Positions 1 through 14,898 of a stretch of 64,000 nt of DNA are shown piece after piece. The notes below the pieces were generated by a model that did no database searches, was not told the DNA's origin, and saw only the letters and a program-made list of their open reading frames with translations. Source of the stretch: an uncultured Chloroflexia bacterium. GTDB lineage: Bacteria > Chloroflexota > Limnocylindria > Limnocylindrales > CSP1-4. The position numbers and the translations under genes were made by a program. Location of the stretch: NCBI GenBank assembly GCA_963779375.1, contig CAVZXW010000013.1:273-64272 (forward strand). The letters are read 5' to 3'. Within the stretch, counting starts at the first letter, position 1. Every line of letters begins with the position of its first letter.

Positions 1-558
1 TACAAGAGTATTCTCAGTTGATCCGGTACCAAGGCAATATATATTGCACCAACTCCTGCATTGAGAGTTATAGCAGTAGCCAATGAATCAGGATTTATTC
101 TTGTAGGAGGATTAGAAAGATCTGTGGTATGAGTTGCAGTCTGATTAAAGCCATTCCAAGTTGCAAGACTATCAATAGAATAAGCAACCCTTAAATTAGT
201 ATTTCCAACTGAAACGCCATCATCAGAACCATAACTTGGATCAAATCTATCAAAGCTCATGCTGGGAGTAGTAACAATAACTTTATCGAACTTTATCTGG
301 AAATAACGTACTTGTGAAACCTTATCTATTCCGTTGGTCAAAGGTACAGCTGTATTAGCAATCCCAGGTACACAGCGCACTATTGCATAATGTCCTGTGC
401 CTGCTCCAGATGTTGTAGAACGAAGGTTAAAAGTTCTTAAACCACCAGCGTCACCAACCGGAAAATCTTTGGATGATCCTACCGAATTTGACATACCTGT
501 ACCCATTGCCCCCATAACATAACTTGCATTGGAATAGCCCACAACATTAGCTGCCGTT

Positions 559-587
<29 letters not shown>
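1..587 (-). CDS. Partial ORF (~195 codons, runs off the window start) of unknown function inside an AT-rich segment; S/T/G/N-rich, possibly a structural/surface or viral protein
   Basis: Own translation of the minus strand. The frame with codons 585-587 ... 3-5 is open from the TAG at 588-590 to the window edge: ...[182 protein letters not shown]. It is absent from the ORF track because it is truncated. No family recognised. Confidence 0.4.
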
Positions 588-5041
<4,454 letters not shown>

Positions 5042-5054
5042 GGCCCGCATTCAC

Positions 5055-5088
5055 AACCGCCCGCCGGCGGTTCCGGTGGGCGGGCGTT
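5055..5088 (+). terminator. Hairpin immediately after the rpoC stop (8-bp GC stem cgcccgcc/ggcgggcg, ~13-nt loop)
   Basis: aaccgcccgcc-ggcggttccggtg-ggcgggcgtt, read directly from the sequence 14 nt after the stop codon. Confidence 0.5.
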
Positions 5089-5126
5089 CCCGCTCGTGCG
5101 CGGGCAGCACGGTATAGATCTCGATC

Positions 5127-5268
5127 GCGGTCCGGCTTTCGGGTCGGACCACGAGGCGGTCCGGCTTTCGGGTCGGACCACGAGGCGGTCCGGCTTTCGG
5201 GTCGGACCACGAGGCGGTCCGGCTTTCGGGTCGGACCACGAGGCGGTCCGGCTTTCGGGTCGGACCGC
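5127..5268. repeat. Head-to-tail array of a 29-bp unit (4 full copies plus a 26-bp fifth). Each copy encodes a 9-bp stem capped by a UUCG tetraloop
   Basis: The unit gcggtccggctttcgggtcggaccacgag sits at 5127, 5156, 5185 and 5214. The final copy, 5243-5268, ends ...cggaccgc, extending the stem to 11 bp. Copies are identical with no spacers between them. Confidence 0.95.
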
Positions 5269-5352
5269 CTTGGCATGTCCGGGGCACGTGGCGTTCCCGC
5301 CGGTCCACGCATTCCGCCGCGAGAAGGGGATGTCGCACGCCGCGGGCCCTGC

Positions 5353-5389
5353 TAGACTGCACACTCGTTCACCAGTGAGCAATTGATCA
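5353..5389 (+). promoter_or_regulatory. Candidate -10 box (TAGACT, 5353-5358) and AT-rich imperfect palindrome TGAGCAATTGATCA (5376-5389) directly upstream of the sorC-family gene
   Basis: The hexamer is the same as the -10 of the rpsL promoter candidate. The 14-nt palindrome (12/14 symmetric, centred on AATT) stands out in ~70% GC DNA and lies 19 nt before the TTG start at 5408. Confidence 0.3.
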
Positions 5390-5407
5390 GCTCCACGGGG
5401 TGCGCTG

Positions 5408-6430
5408 TTGTCCGAGGACCTCCGCCAGGACGACTACGAACTGCTCGCACGGATCGCGCACCGGTACTACTCCGATGGGCGGACGCAGGAGGAGATCGCG
5501 CGGGAGTTCGCCCTGTCCCGTCCCAAGGTGCAGCGGCTCCTGGAACGGGCGCGCTGGTCGGGGATCGTGGACATTCACATCCAGGCGCCGCCGTGGCTCA
5601 ACCTCGACCTCGAGACGCGCCTGCGCGATGCCTTCCATCTCTCGGACGCCATCGTCGCGCCCTCCCGGCCCGATCCCCAGTCCCAGCGCGAGGCAGTGGC
5701 CCGCAGCGCGGCGAGGTACCTCGAGCGCCGGCTCCGGGACGGTGCCGTCGTGGCCGTCAGCCACGGGCGGGACACCGGCGAGGTGCCGCGCTTCTTCCAC
5801 CCGGACCGGCGCCTCGACGTCACGTTCGTGAGCGCCATGGGCGGGTCGCCGCGCGTCGACACTCCCACCAACCCCAACGACATCTGTCGCGCCCTGGCCG
5901 ACCGATGTGGCGGGCGCGCCGAGAGCCTGTTCGCCCCCGCCTACGTGGAGAGCGCGGAGATGCGCGACCGGCTTCTCGAACAGGAGGCCGTCGCCCACAC
6001 CCTTCGCGTCGCCGGCCAGGCAACGGTGGCCCTCGTCGGCATCGGCGACACGGACGATTCCTGCACCATGGTCCGCAGCGGCTGCCTGTCGCCCGGCGAG
6101 ATCGCGCGGCTGCGCGACCACGGCGCCGTCGGGGACGTGCTCGGCAACTACGTGGACGCGTCCGGGGGCCTCATCGCGTCGCCGCACAGCGAACGCCTGG
6201 TCGCGCTCTCGGTCGAGGACCTGCGGCGGATCGAGTCCGTCGTCGCCGTCGTGAGCGAGTCGGAGAAGCCGAGGGCGATCCTCGGCGTGCTGCGAGCGCG
6301 TGTCGTGGACGTCCTGGTCGTGGACGAGGGGAACGCCCGGGCCGTGCTGGGCCTCGCCGGGGCGGACACCGCCCGGCGCGAGGAGCATGCCGGCGCCGTG
6401 CAGGGGGGTGGTCGCGCGACGACACGCTGA
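5408..6430 (+). CDS. SorC/DeoR-like sugar-phosphate-responsive transcriptional regulator
   Basis: 340-aa ORF. N-terminal HTH (YYSDGRTQEEIAREFALSRPKVQRLLERAR) followed by a SorC-type sugar-binding domain (VALVGIGD..., VGDVLGNYVDASG, VVAVVSESEKPRAILGVLRARVVDVLVVDE). Confidence 0.8.
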   Translation: MSEDLRQDDYELLARIAHRYYSDGRTQEEIAREFALSRPKVQRLLERARWSGIVDIHIQAPPWLNLDLETRLRDAFHLSDAIVAPSRPDPQSQREAVARSAARYLERRLRDGAVVAVSHGRDTGEVPRFFHPDRRLDVTFVSAMGGSPRVDTPTNPNDICRALADRCGGRAESLFAPAYVESAEMRDRLLEQEAVAHTLRVAGQATVALVGIGDTDDSCTMVRSGCLSPGEIARLRDHGAVGDVLGNYVDASGGLIASPHSERLVALSVEDLRRIESVVAVVSESEKPRAILGVLRARVVDVLVVDEGNARAVLGLAGADTARREEHAGAVQGGGRATTR

Positions 6431-6523
6431 GCGGGGCCGCACAGCCCACCACGGGAGACCGGTGCCGGTGGCCGCTCGATGACCGGAGGACGGGAAGCAG
6501 GCGTCCCAATTGGAGGTGTTCGA

Positions 6524-7375
6524 TTGCCAGTCGTACCGACGCAGTCCATCCTGGAGCGAGCCTTCGCCGAGCGGTACGGCGTCGCGGCGATCAACGTCAT
6601 CAACGACCTGACCATGGAGGCCGTGCTGGCGGCCGCCGAGGAGCTGCAGGCGCCGATCATCCTGCAGACGTCGGTCAAGCACGTGAAGATGACCGGGATC
6701 GACGCCATGTACGCGATGTGGCAGGCGTACGCCGCACACGTGTCCGTTCCGGCCGCGCTCCACCTCGACCATTGCCCGGAGCGGGAGGTCATCTCGGCCT
6801 GTCTCGCCAGGGGCTGGAACTCGGTCCTGTTCGACGCGAGCAAGCTGTCCGTCGAGGAGAACCGCCGGCAGTGCGTCGAAGTCGTCGCCGAAGCCCGGCG
6901 CTACGGCGCCGCCGTCGAGGGCGAGATCGAGGGCTTCAAGCGCACCGAAGAGATGACCGGCAACGAGGTCGCCGAGGAGCAGTCGCTCGAGACCGCGGTC
7001 GAGTTCATCCGCGCGACGGGCGTCGACGTGTTCGCACCCGCCATCGGCAACGCGCACGGCATGTACAAGACCACGCCGACGCTCGACAGCCAGCGCGTCA
7101 CCGACATCGTCGAAGCCACGGGCATCCCCGTGGCGCTGCACGGCGGCACCGGCATGAGCGCTGAGCAGTTCAGCGACCTGATCAGCCGCGGGTGCGCCAA
7201 GGTCAACATCTCCACCGCCCTGAAGATCGCGTACATGAAGGCCGGGTACGACTTCATGACGGAGCACCCGGGCGACTACGACCCGCCCAAGATCTTCGCG
7301 GCCCAGCGCACCGCGGTCATGGAGATGGCGAAGTACCACATCCGGCTCTTCGGGAGCGAGGGGAAGGCCTGGTGA
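6524..7375 (+). CDS. Class II (metal-dependent) fructose-/tagatose-1,6-bisphosphate aldolase family protein
   Basis: Frame of ORF 6479..7375. The likely start is TTG 6524, 9 nt after GGAGG. Motifs: YGVAAINVINDLTMEAVLAAAEE, PAALHLDHC, FAPAIGNAHGMY, PVALHGGTGMS. Confidence 0.85.
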   Translation: MPVVPTQSILERAFAERYGVAAINVINDLTMEAVLAAAEELQAPIILQTSVKHVKMTGIDAMYAMWQAYAAHVSVPAALHLDHCPEREVISACLARGWNSVLFDASKLSVEENRRQCVEVVAEARRYGAAVEGEIEGFKRTEEMTGNEVAEEQSLETAVEFIRATGVDVFAPAIGNAHGMYKTTPTLDSQRVTDIVEATGIPVALHGGTGMSAEQFSDLISRGCAKVNISTALKIAYMKAGYDFMTEHPGDYDPPKIFAAQRTAVMEMAKYHIRLFGSEGKAW

Positions 7376-8145
7376 CCACGCTCGTCTTCGACTGCGACGG
7401 TGTCCTCGCCGACACCGAGCGGTACGGACATCTGCCGGCGTTCAACCAGACGTTCCGCGAGTTCGGGCTCCCGATCGAGTGGTCCGAGGAGGAATACGGG
7501 CGAAAGCTCCTCATCGGCGGTGGCAAGGAGCGCATGGCCAGCGAGCTGACGCCCGGGTTCGTGCGCGAGAACGGCCTGCCCGAGGACCCGGAGGCCCTGG
7601 CCGCCGTGGTCGCGACGTGGCACAAGCGCAAGACACAGCTGTACACCGAGATGGTCGCGGCCGGGCGGCTGCCGCCGCGGCCGGGCATCCGGCGGATCAT
7701 CTCGGACGCGCAGGACGCCGGGTGGAGGCTGGCCGTGGCGTCCACGTCGGCCGAGCCGTCCGTCCGCGCCATCCTGGAGTTCGCGGTCGGCAAGGAGCGT
7801 GCGGATCGTTTCGACGTGTTCCTGGCGGGCGACGTCGTGCCCCGCAAGAAGCCCGCTCCCGACATCTACCTGCTCGCGCTCGAGCGTCTCGGCGTCCCCC
7901 CTGCCGAGGTGCTGGTCGTCGAGGACTCGCGCAACGGACTCCTGGCCGCCACCGCGGCCGGGCTCCGCTGCCTCATGACGGTGAACGGCTACACGGAGGA
8001 GGAGGACAGCAGCGAAGCGGTACTGGTGGTGACGTCGCTCGGCGACCCGGGCGGCGCCGAGACACGCGTGATCGCAAACCGCAGCGCCGCCCGGCCCGGG
8101 GCGTACATCACCCTCCCGGACCTCGAGGCCTGCCTGGCGTCCTAG
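7372..8145 (+). CDS. HAD-superfamily phosphatase (CbbY/beta-phosphoglucomutase-like subfamily)
   Basis: GTG 7372 overlaps the aldolase stop (GTGA). Motifs: LVFDCDGVLADTE (DxDG), LAVASTS, KKPAPDIY, VVEDSRNG. Confidence 0.8.
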   Translation: MTTLVFDCDGVLADTERYGHLPAFNQTFREFGLPIEWSEEEYGRKLLIGGGKERMASELTPGFVRENGLPEDPEALAAVVATWHKRKTQLYTEMVAAGRLPPRPGIRRIISDAQDAGWRLAVASTSAEPSVRAILEFAVGKERADRFDVFLAGDVVPRKKPAPDIYLLALERLGVPPAEVLVVEDSRNGLLAATAAGLRCLMTVNGYTEEEDSSEAVLVVTSLGDPGGAETRVIANRSAARPGAYITLPDLEACLAS

Positions 8146-8181
8146 ACCCCGCACCACCGGGGATCGGGGCATCGACGCGAG

Positions 8182-8871
8182 ATGGAAAGGGAACACCGGA
8201 TGACAGACACGTCGCTCGACGATGTCGATCTCGTCCTCGGGACGATGGCCCGGACCATCGTCGACAACGCTGTCTACTTCGCCCAGCTGGACGCGGTGGT
8301 CGGCGACGGCGACTTCGGGTACTCGCTCCGCAACGGGTTCGAGGTCGTCCTCAGCGACTTCGACACGATCGACCGCACGAGCGTGGGCTCGGTCCTGAAG
8401 AAGGTCGGGCTCATCATCGCGGCCAAGGTGGGAGGGGTCAGCGGACCCATCTGGGGCACGGCGTTCCTTCGCGCCGGGGCAGCGGCAGGCGACAAGGTGA
8501 CACTGACCGGGCCCGACGTCGTCGCGCTCCTGCGCGCGGCGATCGCCGGGATCATGCAGCGCGGCAATTCGTCCGTCGGCGACAAGACGCTCCTCGACGC
8601 GCTGGTCCCGGCCACGGACAGCCTCGAGGCGAGCCTCGCCGATCCCGCGACCACCCGGGACCATGGCGTGGCCGCACTGCAGCGGGCCGCCGACGTGGCC
8701 ACGAAGGCGGCAGAGGACACGGCGCCGATGCTGGCGGTACGCGGACGTGCCGCCTATACCGGAGAGCGGAGCATCGGATCGGTGGATGCCGGCGCGACGG
8801 CCGTCGGCGTGATTCTCCAGGCCATCAGCGCCGCGTGGCGCGAAAAGTACGGAGAGGGAGCAGAGGCGTGA
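8182..8871 (+). CDS. dhaL: Dihydroxyacetone kinase, ADP-binding subunit DhaL
   Basis: 229-aa ORF. Motifs: LDAVVGDGDFG, KVGGVSGPIWG, GDKTLLDAL, GRAAYTGERSIG. Confidence 0.85.
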   Translation: MEREHRMTDTSLDDVDLVLGTMARTIVDNAVYFAQLDAVVGDGDFGYSLRNGFEVVLSDFDTIDRTSVGSVLKKVGLIIAAKVGGVSGPIWGTAFLRAGAAAGDKVTLTGPDVVALLRAAIAGIMQRGNSSVGDKTLLDALVPATDSLEASLADPATTRDHGVAALQRAADVATKAAEDTAPMLAVRGRAAYTGERSIGSVDAGATAVGVILQAISAAWREKYGEGAEA

Positions 8872-9863
8872 GGAAGTTCCTGAACGATCCCAAGGCGTTC
8901 GTCCCCGAGTTCCTCGAGGAAATCGCGCTCGCGAGCGGTGGCACGCTCAAGTACGAGCCGAAATACAACCTGATCTACCGGGCCGACATGCCCAAGGCAG
9001 ACAGGGTCTCGATCATCCAGGGGTCCGGTTCGGGCCATGAGCCGGCCCACACCATGATCGTCGGGCCCGGCATGCTCGACGCGGCCTGCCCCGGTGACGT
9101 CTTCGCAGGACCGCCCGTCGAGTTCGTGACCGAGACGTCCAAGCTCATGGACACCCCGGCCGGCGTGCTCTACATCGTCAACAACTACACCGGCGATCGC
9201 ACGGCGTGGGAGATGGCGAAGGAGATGTGCGAGGCCGAGGGCCAGAAGATCGGCTACCTGCTCGTCAACGACGACGTGGCCGTCAAGGACTCGACCTGGA
9301 CGATCGGGCGGCGCGGCGTCGCCGGCAACTTCTTCGTGATCAAGGCCGCCGGCGCCATGGCCGAGAAGGGCGGCTCCCTCGAGGAGTGCGTCCGCGTCGG
9401 CGAGAAGGTCATCGCGAACGTCCGGACCATGGGCATCGCGCTCTCGTCGTGCACGCCTCCGGTCCGCGGCGCCCCGCTGTTCGAGATCGCCGACGGCGAG
9501 ATGGAGGTCGGGATCGGCATCCACGGCGAGCCGGGCCGGGAGCGGCGCCCGATGGGAACGGCCACGGAGATCGTGGACGTGCTCCTCGACGCCATCGTCC
9601 CGGATCTGCCGTTCAAGTCGGGCGACGAGGTCGCGCTGATGGTCAACGGCCTGGGCGGCACGCCGATCAGCGAGCTGTACCTCCTGTACGGCATCGCCCA
9701 CAAGAAGCTGGCCGCGAAGGGCATCTCGGTCTTCCGCAGCTACGTCGGCGAGTACTGCACCTCCCTGGAGATGGCCGGCGCCCACATCTCCCTGCTGAAG
9801 GTCGACGCGGAGCTCAAGGGGCTCCTCATGGCCCCCGCGGAGGTCGCGGTTCGCGTCTTCTAG
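8868..9863 (+). CDS. dhaK: Dihydroxyacetone kinase, dihydroxyacetone-binding subunit DhaK
   Basis: GTG 8868 overlaps the dhaL stop. Motifs: FLNDPKAFVPEFLEE, GSGSGHEPAH, YIVNNYTGD, GIHGEPG, MVNGLGGTP. Confidence 0.9.
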   Translation: MRKFLNDPKAFVPEFLEEIALASGGTLKYEPKYNLIYRADMPKADRVSIIQGSGSGHEPAHTMIVGPGMLDAACPGDVFAGPPVEFVTETSKLMDTPAGVLYIVNNYTGDRTAWEMAKEMCEAEGQKIGYLLVNDDVAVKDSTWTIGRRGVAGNFFVIKAAGAMAEKGGSLEECVRVGEKVIANVRTMGIALSSCTPPVRGAPLFEIADGEMEVGIGIHGEPGRERRPMGTATEIVDVLLDAIVPDLPFKSGDEVALMVNGLGGTPISELYLLYGIAHKKLAAKGISVFRSYVGEYCTSLEMAGAHISLLKVDAELKGLLMAPAEVAVRVF

Positions 9864-9897
9864 CCCGCCAGGGGGGCGTTCGGCTCCCCGCGACGGA

Positions 9898-9935
9898 GGA
9901 ACGGCGGTCCGGTGCAGCAGCCGGGCCGCCGTTCC
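9898..9935 (+). terminator. Strong hairpin after dhaK (15-bp stem with one G.U pair, 8-nt loop)
   Basis: ggaacggcggtccgg-tgcagcag-ccgggccgccgttcc, 35 nt after the dhaK stop. No U-tract follows it. Confidence 0.6.
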
Positions 9936-9991
9936 GTGTCCGCGCCATCCGCGATGGATCTGTCAGGCGCTCCCGCGTCCGTGGCCGTTCG

Positions 9992-10019
9992 TTGACACCC
10001 CCGGGGCCACTGGTAGACT
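9992..10019 (+). promoter_or_regulatory. Near-consensus sigma-70/SigA-type promoter for the rpsL operon
   Basis: TTGACA (9992-9997), a 16-nt spacer, then TAGACT (10014-10019). It lies about 340 nt upstream of the rpsL start. Confidence 0.55.
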
Positions 10020-10358
10020 CCGCGTTCGTGGCCAGGAGCCGGGCCGTCCCGTCGTGCATCGGCGGGGCAATCGGCCAGTGGCCCGCGGGAACGCACGAGC
10101 CCGACGGATGGGAGTCCGGACGGGTCGCGTGACACCCGCGAACGGTGCCCACCGCCCATCCGCGGCCGGCGCCGGCGGCACCGCAGGTGGCACGGCCACC
10201 AGGGCGGATGCCGGAGGAGCGTCGCCAGGCCACTGGGGCACGGCGCCGCACCGACGGCCGGCACGGTCACCGTGGGCGACCCTCCCGGGTCTCCCGATGA
10301 CGACCAGGGGGACCGGCCACCAGAACCGACTACGTCCCAGGAAGGAGTCCGCGTCTCC

Positions 10359-10787
10359 GTGCCGACCATCAGCCAGCTCGTCCGCAAGGGCCGGGCCAGG
10401 AAGATCGAGAAGATCAAGGCGCCGGCCATGCGCAAGAACTGGAACAGCCTTCGGCAGCGGCAGGTGTCGATCCCGGGTGCCCCGCAGAAGCGTGGCGTCT
10501 GTCTGCAGGTCCGCACGATGACCCCGAAGAAGCCGAATTCGGCACTCCGCAAGATCGCGCGCGTCCGCCTCTCCAACATGATGGAAGTCACGGCCTACAT
10601 CCCGGGGATCGGGCACAACCTCCAGGAGCACTCGGTGGTCCTGGTCCGTGGTGGTCGCGTGAAGGACCTCCCGTCCGTCAAGTACCACATCATCCGCGGG
10701 ACCCTCGACTCGGCGGGCGTCCGCGACCGGAAGCAGGGACGTTCCAAGTACGGCGCCAAGGCGCCGCAGAACCAGAAGGTCAAGTAG
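10359..10787 (+). CDS. rpsL: 30S ribosomal protein S12
   Basis: GTG 10359 is preceded by GGAAGGAG. Motifs: [47 protein letters not shown]. There are ~14 extra residues ([14 protein letters not shown]) relative to E. coli S12. Confidence 0.95.
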   Translation: MPTISQLVRKGRARKIEKIKAPAMRKNWNSLRQRQVSIPGAPQKRGVCLQVRTMTPKKPNSALRKIARVRLSNMMEVTAYIPGIGHNLQEHSVVLVRGGRVKDLPSVKYHIIRGTLDSAGVRDRKQGRSKYGAKAPQNQKVK

Positions 10788-10788
10788 G

Positions 10789-11253
10789 ATGCCGCGCCGA
10801 GTCCAGACTCCCCGCAAGGCCAAGTACGCGCCGCCGCTGACGCGCACCACGGATCGCTTCGTGGTCAAGCTCATGACGGACGGCAAGAAGGGACTGGCGG
10901 AGCGCATCCTGCGCCAGGCGCTCGCACGGGCTGAGGCGTCGGCACGCCGGCCCGGCCTCGAGGTGCTCGAGGCGGCCCTCCGGAACGCGACGCCGATCAT
11001 CGAGGTCAAGCCGCGTCGCGTCGGTGGCGCGACGTACCAGGTGCCGGTGGAGATCCGCGGAGACCGGCGCATGTCGCTCGGCGTCCGCTGGCTCGTCCAG
11101 TCGGCGCGCAAGCGCGGCGGCAAGTCGATGAGCGAGAAGCTCGCCGGCGAACTCGTCGACGCGATGAACGGCCTGGGGGCCGCGGTGAAGCGCCGCGAGG
11201 ACACCCACAAGATGGCCGACGCAAACAAGGCCTTCAGCCACTTCAAGTGGTAG
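10789..11253 (+). CDS. rpsG: 30S ribosomal protein S7
   Basis: 154-aa ORF. Motifs: [38 protein letters not shown]. Confidence 0.95.
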   Translation: MPRRVQTPRKAKYAPPLTRTTDRFVVKLMTDGKKGLAERILRQALARAEASARRPGLEVLEAALRNATPIIEVKPRRVGGATYQVPVEIRGDRRMSLGVRWLVQSARKRGGKSMSEKLAGELVDAMNGLGAAVKRREDTHKMADANKAFSHFKW

Positions 11254-11285
11254 GCCGCACACCAGCAGGGAAGTAGACACCGATC

Positions 11286-13365
11286 GTGGCACGTCAGGTT
11301 CCGCTCGCGAAGACGCGGAACATCGGAATCATCGCGCATATCGACGCCGGGAAGACCACCGTCTCCGAGCGGGTCCTCTTCTACACGAAGAAGATCTACA
11401 AGATCGGTGAGGTCCACGAGGGCGCCGCGACGATGGACTGGATGCCCCAGGAGCAGGAACGGGGCATCACCATCACCGCGGCGGCCACGACCGCCTTCTG
11501 GCGCGATTACCGCATCAACCTGATCGATACGCCCGGGCACGTGGACTTCACCGTCGAGGTGGAGCGCAGCCTGCGGGTGCTCGACGGGGCGGTGGTCGTG
11601 TTCGACGGCGTGGCGGGCGTCGAGCCTCAGTCCGAGTCGGTCTGGCGCCAGGCCGACCGCTACGGCGTGCCGCGCATCTGCTTCATCAACAAGCTCGACC
11701 GGACGGGAGCCGACTTCTGGCACGGCGTGCAGTCGATCCGCGATCGGCTGGGCGCGAACGCGGTGCCGGTCCAGATCCCCCTGGGGAACGAGGACCGCTT
11801 CCGCGGCGTCATCGACCTGATCACCATGAAGGCCCTCGTGTGGGGGTCCGACGAGATCGGCAGCACGTACGACACGATCGAGATCCCGGAGGAGCTCCGC
11901 GAGGAGGCCGAGCGGCACCGCGAGGTGCTCGTGGGCGTCGCGGCCGAGATGGACGACGCGCTCACGCACAAGTACCTCGAGGGCATTCCGCTCACCGAGG
12001 AGGAGATCCGCCACGGTGTCCGGCTGGGCACCCTGCAGATCCGGATGATCCCGGTCCTGTGCGGGTCGGCGCTCCGGAACAAGGGCGTCCAGCCCATGCT
12101 CGACGCGGTCATCGACTACCTGCCCTCGCCGCTCGACATCCCGCCCACCATCGGCGAGGACGCGCGAGACCCACGAGGAGACCGTCCGCACCGCCAGCGA
12201 GAATGAGGCGTTCTCCGCGCTCGTCTTCAAGATCGCCGCCGACCCGTTCGTGGGCAAGCTGGCCTACTTCCGCGTCTACTCCGGCACGCTGAAGGCCGGC
12301 TCGTACGTCCTCAACTCCACGAAGGGCAAGCGCGAGCGGATCGGGCGGATCCTGCAGATGCACGCGAACCACCGCGAGGAGATCGAGGAGGTCTACGCGG
12401 GCGACATCGCGGCGATCGTCGGGCTGAAGGAGTCGTACACGGGCGACACCCTGTCGGACCCGGCGGAGCCCATCATCCTCGAGTCGATCAAGTTCCCCGA
12501 GCCGGTCATCGAGGTCGCGGTCGAGCCGCGCACGAAGGCCGACCAGGACAAGCTGGCGCTGGCGCTGCAGCGGCTGGCGGACGAGGACCCGACCTTCCGG
12601 GTGAAGACGGACGAGGAGTCCGGCCAGACGCTGATCGCCGGCATGGGCGAGCTGCACCTCGACGTCCTCGTGGACCGCATGACCCGCGAGTTCAAGGTCG
12701 CGGCCAACGTGGGCAAGCCGCAGGTGTCGTACCGCGAGACGATCCGTCGCGAGGCCGAGGGCGTGGGCCGCTTCGTGCGCCAGACCGGTGGCCACGGGCA
12801 GTACGGGCACGCCGTCATCCACCTGGAGCCCAACGGCCAGGGCGGCGGGTACGCCTTCGTCGACAAGATCGTGGGCGGCGTGATCCCGCGCGAGTACATC
12901 AAGGCCGTCGACGCAGGTATCCGCGAGGCGCTGGCCACGGGCATCTACGCCGGCTACCCGGTGGTGGACGTCAAGGCCACCCTGCACGACGGGTCGTACC
13001 ACGAGGTCGACTCGAGCGAGATGGCGTTCAAGATCGCCGGCTCCATGGCGGTCAAGGACGCGTTCGAGCGCGCCAACCCCGCCATCCTCGAACCCGTCAT
13101 GCGGGTCGAGGCGACCATGCCCGAGGAGTTCATGGGAGACGTCATCGGCGACCTGAACAGCCGCCGGGGGCACATCGAGGGGATGGAGTCCCGTGGGACG
13201 ACGCACGTCGTCCGCGCCTTCGTCCCTCTCGCGAACATGTTCGGCTACGCGACCGACCTGCGGAGCATGACCCAGGGACGCGCGAGCTACTCGATGGAGT
13301 TCGCGCACTACGCTGAGGTCCCGGCGCAGGTTGCCCAGGAGCTCGTCCAGAAGTCGAAGGTCTGA
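11286..13365 (+). CDS. fusA: Elongation factor G (one 1-nt frameshift near ~12168 in this sequence)
   Basis: ORF 11286..12206 carries [14 protein letters not shown] and DTPGHVDF. It continues in another frame (...[39 protein letters not shown]) into ORF 12250..13365. Confidence 0.95.
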
Positions 13366-13389
13366 GGGGACACCGAGGAGCTACGCCAG

Positions 13390-14586
<1,197 letters not shown>

Positions 14587-14589
14587 GGC

Positions 14590-14898
14590 ATGGCGAAGCA
14601 GCGGATCAGGATCCGCCTCAAGGCCTACGACCATCGGCTGCTCGATCAGTCGGCGCTCCAGATCGTGGAGACCGCGCAGCGGACGGGTGCCGACGTCGTC
14701 GGGCCCGTGCCGCTCCCGACCCGCATCGAGAAGTTCACAGTCCTGCGCTCGCCCTTCATCGACAAGGACAGCCGGGAGCAGTTCGAGATCCGCACGCACA
14801 AGCGGCTCATCGACATCCTGGATCCCTCGTCGAAGACCGTCGACGCCCTGATGCGACTCTCGCTTGCCGCGGGCGTCGACATCGAGATCAAGATGTGA
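14590..14898 (+). CDS. rpsJ: 30S ribosomal protein S10
   Basis: 102-aa ORF: [18 protein letters not shown]...[15 protein letters not shown]. Confidence 0.95.
   Translation: MAKQRIRIRLKAYDHRLLDQSALQIVETAQRTGADVVGPVPLPTRIEKFTVLRSPFIDKDSREQFEIRTHKRLIDILDPSSKTVDALMRLSLAAGVDIEIKM

Noticed and set aside
1-555. Prophage, integrative element or horizontally acquired island at the window start
   Set aside because: No integrase, att-like repeat or tRNA is present, and the junction decapitates rpoC. Only a composition break and one orphan ORF are visible. This supports an assembly chimera rather than a definable mobile element.
5127-5268. CRISPR array (29-bp palindromic repeat, a typical CRISPR repeat length)
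   Set aside because: The repeats are directly abutting with no spacers. There is no leader and there are no cas genes in the window. It is a tandem hairpin array, not CRISPR.
10100-10340. RNase P RNA (GGAGUCCGGAC resembles the P4 'GGAAAGUCCGG' box, and CAGAACCGACUAC resembles 'ACAGAACCCGGCUUA')
   Set aside because: The universally conserved ACAGAAA and GGUAA/GUGAAA modules are missing. The spacing between the two boxes (~225 nt) is too short. No P1 pairing can be drawn, and the 3' box runs into the rpsL Shine-Dalgarno. I judged it coincidental.
9864-10358. N-terminally extended S12 (ORF 10272..10787 starting [11 protein letters not shown]...) or a small leader peptide
   Set aside because: The extension is Pro/Gly/Asp-rich with no homology logic. 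A strong SD (GGAAGGAG) precedes the GTG at 10359, which gives the canonical [12 protein letters not shown]-terminus.
10400-10445. Novel insertion in ribosomal protein S12 ([14 protein letters not shown])
   Set aside because: As far as I recall, S12 proteins with a similar ~14-residue insertion at this position exist in several Gram-positive or Terrabacteria lineages. It is a lineage marker rather than a new feature. I could not verify this without a search.
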